From the human T2T-CHM13v2.0 reference genome, Homo sapiens, in the NCBI RefSeq assembly GCF_009914755.1, contig NC_060930.1: 64,000 nt of DNA. The stretch is one strand, 5' to 3'. A model generated the notes under the pieces. It was not told the DNA's origin. It worked only from the letters and a program-made list of their open reading frames with translations, and ran no database searches. Of the stretch, positions 1 through 12,970 are shown piece by piece (position 1 is the first letter of the stretch; the number at the start of each line of letters is the position of its first letter). The translations under genes were made by a program, and so were the position numbers.

Positions 1-2183
1 GGCACTTGTTGATGAAATCACTCCTCCCAGTTATATTTGAAGGAGATTCCCCTTCTAAGACACATGACTTCAAATCTCTCCACTGCATCATGCAATGCTC
101 AGCAGCCTTCTGTGAGTACATTGGTGGCAGTTCTCTTTTTCTAGAATGAGCCAGAGGCAAACAAGCTTTTGAGGCTGGAAAACAGTGACGAGAAATTGGT
201 TCATAAACCTACACTTGATAATCATCCATGCTTTTGCCACCAGTATTGCAAATTCTACGTTACAATTTTATGTTGTCTTACATCCTTTTGGCAGCATGTC
301 TTAACCACATATAAAATAATCTGTAGCAGGAAAAAAGTTATCAGTCCTTATCTTTTTAGCTTTGCTAATAAAGATAGTAGAACTGAGATTCTGTGAAATT
401 ATGTCCAATTTTTTCCCCAAGGGTAGAAAAGCCAAACAGCCTGGAGATAATGAATATGACCCCAAATGGCAATTGTAGCAGGTCTTTCTAAGCAGCAGTC
501 CCAAGTAAAAGATCTATGAATCAAACAAACAATTTGTATTTTAAAAGAAATTTGCTACTCCCTCTTTCCTATAGAAGAGTCCTGAAAATAAAATCAGGGC
601 TGTTCATTTTACTTAATACTCTCAAGCACCAAGCAAGATTACAATTCCTTGCCTGCCTATGATCCCCTGTAATTCCAACTAGCTCTGTGAAAGCACAGAC
701 CTGTTTTGGCATTTCACGTTCTGCTGCTTCATCAAGGCCAGCTCCTTCACTGCAGGCTCTTACGACAGCACATACTTCTCTTAACAGCCATGTTTTCAGT
801 CCTCGTTTCAACAGAAGACTCTAATCTTGTGATTTTTCCGATGCCATACCAAATATAGATTTTGCTGACACTTCCCTGATTTTCTAGGATTTAAAACATT
901 TCAAACAAACTTTTGAAGCAAACGATGACAATGTGTTTTTATGCTTACATAACCCATCTCAGTTATTTCAGACTCAAGATGGAATCCTAGCCCTGTATCA
1001 AGTAGAAAACAAAACAAAACAAAAGCCAGTGAGTTGTTTTAGTCATCAGAGTAGTGCTGTTTTCAAGTATTCCGCCTCGTTCTCCTACCACATAGGTAAT
1101 CAGACTAGCAAAAGTTAATATGGCTGTTTTAAATTAAAGGCATTCAGATGCTGTTTTTTTCTCGAATTTTTGAATGTGTTGTTTAACACACCGAATTTCT
1201 GTGCAGTGAAATGGAGAGACTTGATGAGAGGCTATTGTCAGCTTTAGCCTGGAGATAGAGATGTGACCAAGTATATTTTTCTCAGGTGACTCTCCCTTTA
1301 TGGGGAGGACTGTGTTTAAGAACTGCTGAGAGCCAGAGGCAGAGATCTGAGCTGGGAGATTTAAGACTATGGTTGACTATACATGTAACACAAAAACAAT
1401 AATTCACCAGGCATTTCTTCCTAACAACACAAACTTTAAAAGACTTAACAACAACAAAAATCAACATTTACTTACTGGATAATTTAACTTTTGATGCGTA
1501 TATATAGGTTTTATGTCTAGAATTATTTAAATTTGTGGGATAAAAGGTGATACTTTTAGTAGAGTTGTCTTAAGTGCAAATAAAATTGAGCTAAAGTTCA
1601 ATAAAAGTATTTATACAGCAATTTAAGGTAGTAAGTATTTTTATGTAATTGCCTTTTCTGTTCTTCCCATAAGACATTGAAGTACATCTAAATTATTATC
1701 CCCAATTTATACCTGAGACTCCTGAGATTCACTTGCCCAGAATACAGCCAATAGAGGTGTTGTCAATTTCTCTAGTTAAACCCATGATTCTCTTGGGGAG
1801 GTCATATACTAAACATCTCTGTTATATCTTCCATTTTCTTTTTTCTTGCTTACTATGTTTCTTTTAGTTCAGAAATATTTTCTTCCAACTCTCCTAAAAT
1901 TAAAAATTTTAGATCTAGTTCCTAAGAAATTTATGTTATGTACAGGTGTATATGCTGGTGGTGGTTGCCAGTATGAGAAAAAAGTCTTTGTTTTCTGTTT
2001 GTAACATGGACATTTTGAAGAATGGATGCAGTATAAGATGCTACTTTAGCTTTCTATGTAGATATAATGAATTGGAGCATACATGGCTATCATGGCTATT
2101 TATAATCACTCCTTTATACCCTTGAAAAACAATTGCAAAACAATAACATACCACATATTCAGTGTTTCCTGATGTACAGAGTC

Positions 2184-2367
2184 AATGTAAGTTTCCTGAA
2201 GTGAACTAGTGTGCAATCTAATTAGAGTGCTACCCTATATCTCTAACAGTTAATACAGAAACACAGAGGATACGATCATACAGCATATGCAGAATGTATG
2301 ATTCCGTACGATATAGGGTGGCACTACAATTAGATTGCACACTAGTTGATTTCAGGAAATTTACATT
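2184..2367. repeat. Long inverted repeat, 58-bp arms (2184-2241 / 2310-2367), family not recognised
   Basis: The reverse complement of the left arm matches the right arm at 52/58 positions by hand alignment. Confidence 0.9.
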
Positions 2368-2669
2368 CAAATTAAGGCCCTGTCTCTTTATGGCCTGAGC
2401 CAGAAGGGAGCCAGGCTCTGCCACCTGCCCAACTGGGCTTGCCAGGCACAGGGGACTAACACCATAGTAGGGCAACTTGAGTGGTAGAGCTTGTGGATGA
2501 GGTTCAAATTTGGCACCAGGGACTTCCAGTTGGGCTAAATGAAGCACAGAGGGGTAAGCTAGACTTTAATCATGTCTTGAATCTGTCAGGTTGGTCACAT
2601 TTCAGGGATTCTTTTGATGGGTATGAAGTGACACACATTTCAATTGTGGAGTAGTACCTAGAGGGCAGG

Positions 2670-2890
2670 TTTTAGAGACAGTTTGACTTGCTTTGCATTG
2701 TATCCTGGATCATTCATTTACTAGTGATATGAGCTGGGAAAAGTTAGTTACCTTTGGAGCTTCAGTTTCCATTTTAGTAAGTGTCATAGGATTGCTATGA
2801 AGATTAAAGCATGTGGATAAGCCATGTAAAGTGCTTGAAACAGTGCCTACAAAAGGGTGAGCACTCAGCAGAGCCTATTTATAATGATGA
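2670..2890 (+). mobile_element. MIR SINE relic
   Basis: Degenerate MIR core and 3' motifs (gcttcagtttcc, ataggattgctatgaagattaaa, gtaaagtgctt...acagtgcct). Confidence 0.7.
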
Positions 2891-3753
2891 TTATTGTTGT
2901 TATATTTAATTTGGAGAGGCATAAATAACTGGCAAAAATTAGCAAAGTAATCAAGAAGGAGTATATGCTTGAGGCAAATTGGTTCTCACCAGGTTTTGAA
3001 TGCTGAGATTATCTGAAGGACAAGACAGACATCCAGTTTACTTCACTGAGCCAACATTAAGGAACAAAGGGAACAGAAAAATTGGAAATATTAATACATT
3101 GACACTGTGGGTGAACCTTAGGGATGCCATTGAACAGACTCAGAGAGCAGTGTAGAAACTAGGAGGTTGTCTGGGTCTGGGGGCTTTGGTCTGATGGGGA
3201 CTTATGCTGGGTCAAGTGGCCTGAGGAATACCACGGTTTCAGCCTGTGTGAGACGTGACAACCTCTGGACCTCAATTCTAGATTGGTCTGAAAATTGGGA
3301 TAGAATAAACTTGTGAGGCCTAAGTGTGTGGGTCTGGGAGAAATAAGGCAGGGTTAGGGGAGAGGGGTTGAAAATGAAGTGCTCAATTCTTTTCTACAAA
3401 CACTAATCACTGTAAGCCCTCACAGAAGGAAGAATAAATAAAGGCTTGGGTAGTTAACTGTAACTATGGAGGGATCAGAGCTGAATTCTTAAATGATGCA
3501 TGAGATTTGTGGGATAACTAAGCCCAGGAAAAAGGGAAGGAAAAAGTGGTCAAAACCTCTGAGACTGGGATGAGAATGATATGTATTTATGAGTTAGTGA
3601 AACTCTGGTCTGATGAATACAGAATTGAGATGGCATGATCCATGGGTAAGAAAGACTAGATTATGAGCGTATTTTACCAACCAGGCATTGGAAAGTGGAT
3701 ATGAAGGGGAAGGCAGAGGGAGTCATTAATTATTCTAAACAGAAGAATGACAC

Positions 3754-4143
3754 TGTATTAGTTTGTTTGTACTGCTATAACAGAATACCATAGACTGGAT
3801 AATTTATAAAGAACAGAAATTTATTTCTTACAGCTCTGGAGGCTGGGAAGTCCAAGATCAAGACACTAGTAAGATTGGTGTCTGGTGAGGGCCCAGTCCC
3901 CAATCCTGACTTGGTGCTTTGAATACTGCATCATATAAAGTAGAGGAAGGCTGTTTCTCACTTGGCTGAACAAAAGACAGAGGGAACCCACTTCTTCAGG
4001 TCCTTTTTATAGTGGCATTAGTGAGGGTGGAGCCCTCATGACCTAAAGACCCTCCCATTAGGCCCCATCTTCCAACACTGTTGTAGTGGGGATTAAGTTT
4101 CAACATGAGTTTCAGAGGGAACAAAAACATTCAAATCACAGCA
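3754..4143 (-). mobile_element. MaLR solo LTR (MST family, MSTB/C/D-like)
   Basis: Ends tgtattagtt...caaatcacagca, typical MST internal motifs, and a 5-bp TSD GACAC/GACAT. Confidence 0.85.
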
Positions 4144-4239
4144 GACATATGACACAAAAAAACAGGAATAACACATACATAAAATAGTGTTCAACAAAAA
4201 ATTACTTTGAGAGGCAGAAAGAGAATGGAAAAATCATTT

Positions 4240-4460
4240 TCAGAACACCTGCTATGGGTCGACATGACATGTTTGATGTAATTTCATTTATAATTACAAT
4301 CTCATGTTTAGGTGTTAATGGGACTTTTTTTGCTGAAAAGGAAACTGAAGCTAAGAAAAGGTAAAGTAATTTGTCCAACTCTTACTAGTTACCACTGGTA
4401 AGAGGATGAGATTGGTTTCAGATCCAGGTGTGCCCGATTCCAAAACATGTCTTTTCTTGT
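4240..4460 (-). mobile_element. MIR SINE relic
   Basis: ggaaactgaagct...gtaaagtaatttgtccaa is the MIR core in reverse orientation. Confidence 0.7.
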
Positions 4461-4779
4461 GCCATGCAGTTGCCTACAGTAGTGTAGAGGAGGTTGGGAG
4501 AAGCTAGAATAATCCAGGCAATTAGGAATGCAAGTCCAAATAAAAAATAGCTTACCCCCGCCCCCCGCCACACTTTCTAGCATAGTTTATACCTCTGTTG
4601 TTGCTAATCCCATTCATCTTGTACTTTGGAGGTTCTTACACTTGTCTTATTCTTACTCTCCTTACTTCTGCTGTGTTTCTCATAGTTGTATTCCTGGTGC
4701 TCTTTGCACAAAGTGACTTAAGACAAATCATCAAAGGGTACTTTTTAAGTGGGATGAATGCACCATCTGTGGAAAGCAA

Positions 4780-4990
4780 GCAAGGAAAACTCTGGAAGCA
4801 GATCAATCTGGTTTTATGCTATAGATTCCTCACTTACCAACTTTGTGATTTTGGCCAAGACACACATTTTTTTGTTTTTGGAGTCTCAGTTCCCTTGTCA
4901 ATAAAATGTATGAGAGTAAGACATCACACACTGAATTGTGGTGAGGAATGATGTCACATATGTCAATCAAAGTGCTTGACTCATATAGTG
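4780..4990 (+). mobile_element. MIR SINE relic
   Basis: cacttacc...tgtgattttggcc...gtctcagttccc...taaaatg motifs. Confidence 0.6.
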
Positions 4991-5394
4991 GAATCATACA
5001 TTTAGTTTTCTTCTCCCTTCCTTTGCACTATTCCTTTGAATTGAACTATTAAACATTTCAGAGAGTATCTCATAGAAGAATATAAGCACATAAAGAAAAA
5101 TAATAAAAAGTTAACTGCATTAAAAAATTCAAATAAATAAGGAGAATAGTTTGATTGATGATCATTCTACAAATCATGGTTAATGATGCTTTGTCCCAAA
5201 AGCTATGTTATTAGCTTTTAGGAGAAGCTTCAGTTCATGACCTGTACATTCATTAAACCCCAAAAAGGCAAATGGATTGCACTCAAAAGACAATAGACTG
5301 AATAAAATCACTTACTAAGGAACATTTTCTATTTGTGATTGGTCCATTTGGACCTCAAAGATAAAGGATACTAGTTATATACTCATTTATACAA

Positions 5395-5665
5395 TGATGA
5401 GAATGATAGGTAATATAATGGATGAGAGAATCAAGATGAAAAATTATTTCAATTGGTTTAAATAATGGACCAAAACTAACAAGATAAAATTTAGCAGGAA
5501 TCAAAGTTGAGTCCTACATTGAGGTTTATGCTATCAAATTCATATTACAGGAGAAAAGCGATATATGTAGAAAATAATTCATATGAAATCTATAAATCAC
5601 ATCTTAGTATTTTAGTTGACCAACACTAAATGAGCTTACCCTATGAAGTGATTGTGAAAAATAAA
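5395..5665 (+). mobile_element. CR1/L3 LINE reverse-transcriptase fragment (decayed)
   Basis: Translates as MDERIKMKNYFNWFK*WTKTNKIKFSRNQS*VLH*G, resembling the CR1 RT C-terminal region ([35 protein letters not shown]), with in-frame stops. Confidence 0.7.
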
Positions 5666-7251
5666 TAGAGCATGAGATGGAGAGACTAAAAATGAAACTG
5701 AGTCTGGTGGAAGATATAAAAAGGGTTTAGACTATTTTTTCTAGTAGGAGTTGTCTTATTAATATCATCCAGTTGAGTACTTACTTATACCAATCCAGTA
5801 TTTTAATTTTAATGTTTATCAATGTTCCTGAAGCTTTTGAGCTGATGAATGTGCTTCTCTCCATCCCTGGGCCCAGATCTACTCTCTGTCCACTTGCTGG
5901 ATTTTAGTTGAATGCTCTGCTTCAGCTGCCCAGTGATGGCACAGTAGTTTGGGTTGTGAGATGCAAAGATAGTTTTTTGCGTGTGTGGGTATCTAGGGGT
6001 GTGAGATATGCCGTCCAGGTTGCAAGCATGGCAAAAAATTTCCTATATGAGATTGTCCAAATGTTCCAGTCATCTCTTGACTCAGACATCTCCCTCCCAC
6101 TCAAGTCCCTGAAATTCTGTGGCTCTCTTTGGTGACTCTTGCCTACTCAGCACTCTGGGCCTGGAGAGTGCAGCTGTGAATGTTTGCTGCTTCCACAGTC
6201 ACTGGCTCTCCCCCTGGTTAGATAAGCATTATGAAGCTCTACGTATACCCTTGTGATGGTGACAGCCATCACTACCTGTTTTGGTGCTTAACGTGAGGCA
6301 CCCTTAATAACTAACTCTGGACCCTACGCCAGTAACATGCTGCCATCTAGAGTTTTGTGGTTTACCATGGAATGTCTACTGGTTGGCTGTAGCCACCTCT
6401 CCCCATTGCCCCACCTCATGACCTGTGGCTTTCAAAGTCAAACACACACAGAAATACATACACAAACAAAACCATTCAACATGACTTCTGACGTTTTTCA
6501 GCCTTCAGAAGAGAAATATTAGAATTTGATGAAACTCATTGATTCTCTCCTGTTTTTGGCTATCTTGTAGGGTGCCACATCTTGTGATCAGGGAGAGAAA
6601 GTCTTAGTATTATAGTTTTTTTCTCCTACTCTGGTAAAACAATATTAATATTTTTAGAATGCTGGTTGGGAAAAGATAATATTGATATAGAAGTAATTTA
6701 CAATGAAGTTTTTCTGTTGGATTTGGTGTGATTATGTTCGTTGGGAGGGAGTGGGAGTACAGAGTAGTACCAAACTCCATGTACAGCACCAGAGTAATCC
6801 AATTCTGTAGATCTTCTTCCAAAATGAAAGTATCTGCCATATTCTTAAAGTCATGCACTTTCCTGGTGAAATGGGTAGTGGTGGTGGAGGTGGTGGTGTG
6901 TGTAATCTCTGTTCTTGGACAAGTCTCCTACTAAATTCCTTTGAGAACACTTGGTCAGGATCACTCTTTTCTGCTTTCTCAGCCAGTGGATTTCTGTTGT
7001 TCATTAGCAATCCTAAAATCAGGTTAAAGAAGCATAGATTACATCGGTGGACTTTTTTGAATTAATTTTTTATTGAACTCACTCATGATAATGCACAGGA
7101 GTATTTTCTTCCAGGGATTAAGGACAGATGAGCTGCCATCAAGATTATGGGATGGGGCGAAGGCCAAGCTCCCTGACAAATATTTGGATGAACTGAGGAG
7201 ATTTCCCTGGTAGAAGTGAAGAAATGAAGACAAAGTAGACATAATGGCCTA

Positions 7252-7582
7252 CTTTGTCCCCTTTTATCTGTAGTTTTGCTTTCCAAGTTTTTAGTTACCC
7301 ATAGTCAACTACTGTCTGAAAATAGGTCAGTACAGTACAATAAGATAATTTCAGGACAGAAACAAAGACCACATTTACATAACTTTTATTACAGTATATT
7401 GTTATATTGTCCTATAGTATTACTAATTATTGTTGTTAATCTTTTACTTTGCCTAATTTATGAATTTAACTTTACTGTAGGTAGATATGCATAGGAAAAA
7501 AAAAGTGTATATAGGGTTGGGTACCATGCATGGTTTCAGGCATCCACTAAACGTCTTAAACATATATTAGGGGGGATTACTG
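7252..7582 (+). mobile_element. MER44A (TcMar-Tigger MITE)
   Basis: Colinear with the recalled MER44A consensus (aaaataggt.agtacagtacaataagata...ggtttcaggcatccact). Degenerate TIRs are flanked by TA. Confidence 0.85.
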
Positions 7583-8424
7583 TACATGAAGAGATGATGT
7601 GTGGAGTGGATTTCTGTTTAACTTTACAAGGCCCAACTCAAACCCGTAAGTAGAATTTTTAGTGAGGCAGCAAAGCAAGATTGTTATGGCTAAAGCTCTT
7701 AAAAATAAATTCAGTTGCTCTTGTGAAATGGTGGATTCCCAAACTCTGAAATGGCAGAAACAGAATTTTATGGCTACCTAACAGAAATTTGATAATAGCA
7801 AAGCTACCAGACATGCAATGGAAATTTCTTTCAACTTAAAGACTCTCTGATACCCTGTGGAACATTTGATCTAGACCCAGGGATGTTCTTTACAATATCT
7901 CTATTTTTCATTCGTTTTTAGAAGATTTGCTCTTCTTTCAACAATTCCTAGCCTTTCTTTCCAACTCTTAGTAGTCCACCTTTAGTGACATGAATAATTT
8001 AAATGACAAAGCTGATGATCTAATATTATACCCCAGCGATACATTTCTCAACTAGGCCTGTTTCTTTATTTTTGAAAAATGCAACATTACTTTCGGTAAT
8101 TACTTTATGACTTGACCTTCTTCCTGGGTAGGAGGATGCTGAATAGGGAAAAGAAGGCATGAAAAATTTGTAAATAACACTAAAACTGTTTTTATGTGTT
8201 GATTCATGTATGTAGGGATATGTAAGTTTGCTATTACAACTTGTTAATTAGAAACACTTATCATTTGTTAACGTTTTATTATTTCAGTCACCTCGATTCA
8301 CAGTTACATGGTAGATAAAGATTGCCAGGGTGATAAAACACAGGAGTTATTCCTAACATTAAGCACTTGTTAATGGAATAAGACATTCTGATGATGCAAT
8401 TCTTTTTCGGAATTTGAGTGACAT

Positions 8425-9853
8425 TGTGTCCGGAATTGGTGGGCTCTTGGTCTCACTGACTTAAAGAATGAAGCCACAGACCCTCGCGGTGAGTGTTACA
8501 GCTCTTAAGGTGGTGCGTCTGGAGTTTGTTCCTTCTGATGTTCGGATGTGTTCGGAGTTTCTTCCTTCTGGTGGGTTCGTGGTCTCGCTGGCTCAGGAGT
8601 GAAGCTGCTGACCTTTGCGGTGAGTGTTACAGCTCTTAAGGCCGGCACACGTCTGGAGTTGTTCGTTCCTCCCGGTGGGCTCGTGGTCTCCCTGGCTTCA
8701 GGAGTGAAGCTGCAGACCTTTGCGGTGTGTGTTACAGCTCATAAAAGCAGTGTGGACCCAAAGAGTGAGCAGCAGCAAGATTTATTGCAAAGAGTGAAAG
8801 AACAAAGCTTCCACAGCGTGGAAGGGGACCAGAGCGGGTTGCCACTGCTGGCTCTGGCAGCCTGCTTTTATTCTCTTATCTGGCCCCACCCACATCCTGC
8901 TGATTGGTAGAGCCTAGTGGCCTCTTTTGACAGGGCGCTGATTGGTGCCTTTACAATCCCTGAGCTAGATACAAAGGTTCTCCACGTCCCCATCAGATTA
9001 GTTAGATACAGAGTATGGACACAAAGGTTCTCCAAGGCCCCACCAGAGCAGCTAGATACAGTGTCAATTGGTGCACTCACAAACCCTGAGCTAAACACAG
9101 GGTGCTGATCGGTGTGTTTATAAACCTTGAGCTAGATACAGAGTGCCGATTGGTGTATTTACAATCCCTGAGCTAGACATAAAGACTCTCCACGTCCCCA
9201 CCAGACCCAGGGGCCCAGCTGGCTTCACCCAGTGGATCCCGCACAGGAGCTGCAGGTGGAGCTGCCTGCCAGTCCCGCGCCGTGCGCTCGCACTCCTCAG
9301 CCCTTGGGTGGTCGATGGGACTGGGCGCCCTGGAGCAGGGGGTGGCACTCGTCCGGGAGGCTCGGGCCACACAGGAGCCCATGGAGGGGGTGGGAGGCTC
9401 AGGCATGGCGGGCTGCAGGTCCCGAGCCCTGCCCCGTGGGAAGGCAGCTAAGGCCCGGTGAGAAATTGAGCACAGCGCCGGTGGGCTGGCACTGCTGGGG
9501 GACCCAGTACGCCCTCTGCAGCCGCTGGCCTGGGTGCTAAGTCCCTCATTGCCTGGGGCCGGCAGGGCCCGCCGGCTGCTCCGAGTGCGGGGCCCACCAA
9601 GCCCACGCCCACCCAGAACTCCAGCTGGCCCACAAGCGCCACACACAGCCCCTGTTCCCGCTGGCGCCTCTCCCTCCACACCTCCCTGCAAGCTGAGGGA
9701 GTGGGCTCCGGCATTGGCCAGCCCAGAAAGGGGCTCCCACAGTGCAGCGGTGGGCTGAAGGGCTCCTCAAGTGCCGCCAAATGGGGAGCCCACGCAGAGG
9801 AGGCGCCTAGAGCGAGCGAGGGCTGTGAGGAGTCCCACCGCTGCCACCTCTCA
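8425..9853 (-). mobile_element. LTR12C solo LTR (HERV9/ERV1)
   Basis: The minus strand begins TGAGAGGTG and ends CCAATTCCGGACACA. It has a GC/CpG-rich 5' part, ~40-bp tandem subrepeats, and a perfect 4-bp TSD ACAT (8421-8424 / 9854-9857). Confidence 0.97.
8860..9200 (-). promoter_or_regulatory. LTR12C U3 promoter/enhancer module (NF-Y CCAAT boxes, GATA sites, AATAAA TATA-like box)
   Basis: ATTGG at 8903, 8941, 9067 and 9149; repeated AGATA; CCCCACCC at 8884; minus-strand GATAAG (8875-8880) and AATAAA (8867-8872). This matches the known ERV9 LTR promoter layout. Activity is not shown by sequence alone. Confidence 0.7.
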
Positions 9854-12800
9854 ACATTTTACTCTTAACCAAGAATTGATCAATAGGAATCAAGCCTCCT
9901 AAATCCATTTCAGCCTTAAACATGCACTCAGAACTCAGCAAGTGACTGTAACAGAGGACTGTTTAGTTGTCTTCCTTTTTACTAAAACAAAATTTTACTT
10001 AGAAGGATGAAAAGAAAGGCAATCTTCCCTATAATATTATATTAAAGATAAATAAGAAAATCTAGAGAAGACAGAGTGGAAAATTGAGTCACTAACTTTT
10101 GGTAACATGAAAGAGAATATCATAGCCATTATGGCATATGGTGTTTTCCTATCCTGATATAGCATAAATTTTATGCAGCCATTGAAAACCCCCAGAAGTA
10201 GGAGGATATCTGACACTTTGTAGACACTCAATACATTTTGTTGAATGTTGAATAAATAAACCCAACTTTTATCACAGTTAAATTTTAAATTCTTTAGGAA
10301 ATTTTCACCATTCTTGAAAATTTTAGGGTGACATTCTTTTACATGGGATGCAGAAAACAGACACAGTCGATTTTAAGACAAAAACATAGTATTCAAGTCA
10401 TAATAGTAATTGGATTTATTAATTGTCATTAGAGAGTTGGGAGACAATCTTCATAGATTAATCTACCATAGTCCATGTAATTGTGGCTATGTCTTCAGAG
10501 TTAAGTTTTATATAGATAAATATTATATAATGTTGTAGCATTTGTACTATTGCATAAAATATGAGAATTTTAGGATTCTTAGTTTTTGCTATGTATAAAT
10601 AACCTAGATGGATATTATACACCGTGGTATTTAATATTCCATATACTATGCTTGTATATTTATATATATTATTTAAAGAAAAATCTGAATTAAATAGGTG
10701 GCATGCCATATCTATACAAGGTAAGCATTATTTAGAACAAATGGAATGTTTATTTATATCCTTAAATCAGAAATCCATTAGGTAATAATTTCTGATTGAT
10801 AGTCCAAACCTAGCTCGGACCTCAGCAGTGTTTGACCTGAATAGATAAGATATTACAACTCTCCAAATGTGCAGTTGGCAAAGTGCCCTGACCAAATTCA
10901 GAAAACATGCACAACTCAGGGCTATAAACATGCAGAATTCTAGAAAACGGAACAGAATTGCAATCAGGCAGCATGGATATATAATCTTGTTTTCATAGAT
11001 AATTCATGCAGATAATTCAGTGACCTTAGATATAGGATTGACTACAGCATAAAATCATTTTTTTTCTATGTCAAAGTCTAATTCAAGGTGCTTGATGACA
11101 GAAAACATTCCAAATAAAGGTTTATAAATACAGAAAATAGTATTTTACACACAAACACATCCTCATACACACCTCAATATATTGAGATTGAAGACATTAC
11201 AATATTCTTATTTTCTTGTAGTTTTATTTACCACTCGAGTACTCAGAGGTCATTCTGAGAAAATATCTTGGTTGTAGTTAATTTTGATTAATGGATTGTA
11301 GACTGAAGACAAGAAAATGCTTGTCTTTGGGATGTCCGGTTTGAATCACAAACAAATGTATTCCTTATCATCATTAATGCATATCTTTGCTGCTATTCGC
11401 TAGGGCTTTACATTTAGAATAGTTTGGAGCAAATTTAATTTAAAAACATCTATGTCATTGCAACAGAAATAATATATGATTTTCAGGACACATTCAAGGA
11501 AGCAGGGAGAAAAAGAGCAAGAGTGAGAAGGAGAATTTAGTAGCAGTTTAATTGCTTTCTCTTGTGTATTAATTCTAGGGTGTGGGGAGAGGGTTGGGGA
11601 AAGAGTGCGATTACATCAATGTTATGGGCTGGAAATTCTGCCACATATCCATTGAGAGAAAAATGCCTTACAAATATTTTTCGAATGATTTAGAGTTGGC
11701 TAAATCCAATGCATGTTTTTACCATGAATTTTTCATTTAAAAGGTTTTAAAAAATCATAGATTTTAAGAAAGAAAATGTAATCCATATGTTACTGATTCA
11801 TTCACACTTATCATATTTTGCGTGAGTAAGCTGGTGTCCAAAAATGTTTAGTTTTTTAAATCAGGAAGTCACATTTTTAAAGCACCAAAAAGGACCTTGG
11901 ACCTGGAAAGTTTCAAATTTCTATTTAAACTCAGAACCCAAGGAATTTGAGTGGGTTCTAAACTTGGCAATATGCCTTCATCCTAGTTAACGTATTGATG
12001 GAGTTATATATATTCGTGTACATGTGAGTTAAAAGTGAAGCTGTTAATTCTGCTTTGATATCAAAGCTAGATATATTCATTTAGACTTCCTCATTTGTTT
12101 GCCATGAGGAAACAATTCGTGACTTGTTTTATTATTTAAAAAATTTTGTATATTGACCTATATCTTTAAATACACAATAAGTGTTATCAAACATGTAACA
12201 AAGTTGGTGTATGGAAAAATGCATAATTTTCCCTAAGGGCTATTTGCTAATATGGAACACCGGCCTCTAAAATGTGATGAAAGAAGAACTGTGGAACAAT
12301 GGGTCATGATGGCTAATTTTATAGGGAACACATGCATACAGTATAATTTAAAACACATGCCACAGCAGTTATAGTAAAAGAGAATTAGAAAGGAATTCTG
12401 CTTCATAAAAAAGAAAACAGTTCCCTCTTTATCCTGACAGAATTGCATTTCTCTTCTAGGAAAAAGATCCCATTCACTAATGCTTTAACAATTGCAGGGC
12501 CCACCCATAAGGTTCACATATATTCTCTCAAATCCCCTCCTCCAGTTTTGGCCTATCCGCTGTGATTTTGCAAAGATGTGATATGAAATTAAAGGCGAAT
12601 AGTCTAATGTGCATCTGGCATCTTTCTAATGTAATATTTATTAATTGCTACTCAAAACTAAATATTGTGTGTCATCTATTACTCTCTCTATCTTAAACAA
12701 TGGACTGTAGTGTATTAATATAGGAATTTTAAGGGAGAGGAACAGGTCATTTAGTCCATTCTTCTGTTTCTAAGCAGACTTTAGGCTTGCAGTAAAAACC

Positions 12801-12970
12801 TAAAGCAAGTTAGATGTTTGAGTGTACTATTTTGAAGAGCTTAGGAGTGGCAAGATAATAAACTTCTATGCAATTGGTTGCTAAAATTTTATCAGAAGTT
12901 CTTTATTCATACCTCCAGAAAGAAAAGAAAGCAAAGCAAACAAACAAACAAACAAAATCCCTTCTTTCTT

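Noticed and set aside
5830-6330. Possible old LTR relic (also 41200-41480, 41870-42210)
   Set aside because: I could not assign termini, TSDs or a family from the sequence alone.
8930-9200. Spaced ~40-bp repeats superficially like a CRISPR array
   Set aside because: These are the known LTR12 U3 subrepeats. There are no unique spacers or cas genes, and the context is eukaryotic.
9118-9780. Stack of overlapping ORFs up to 172 aa and a CpG-island-like region
   Set aside because: Entirely inside GC-rich LTR12C, where stop codons are scarce.
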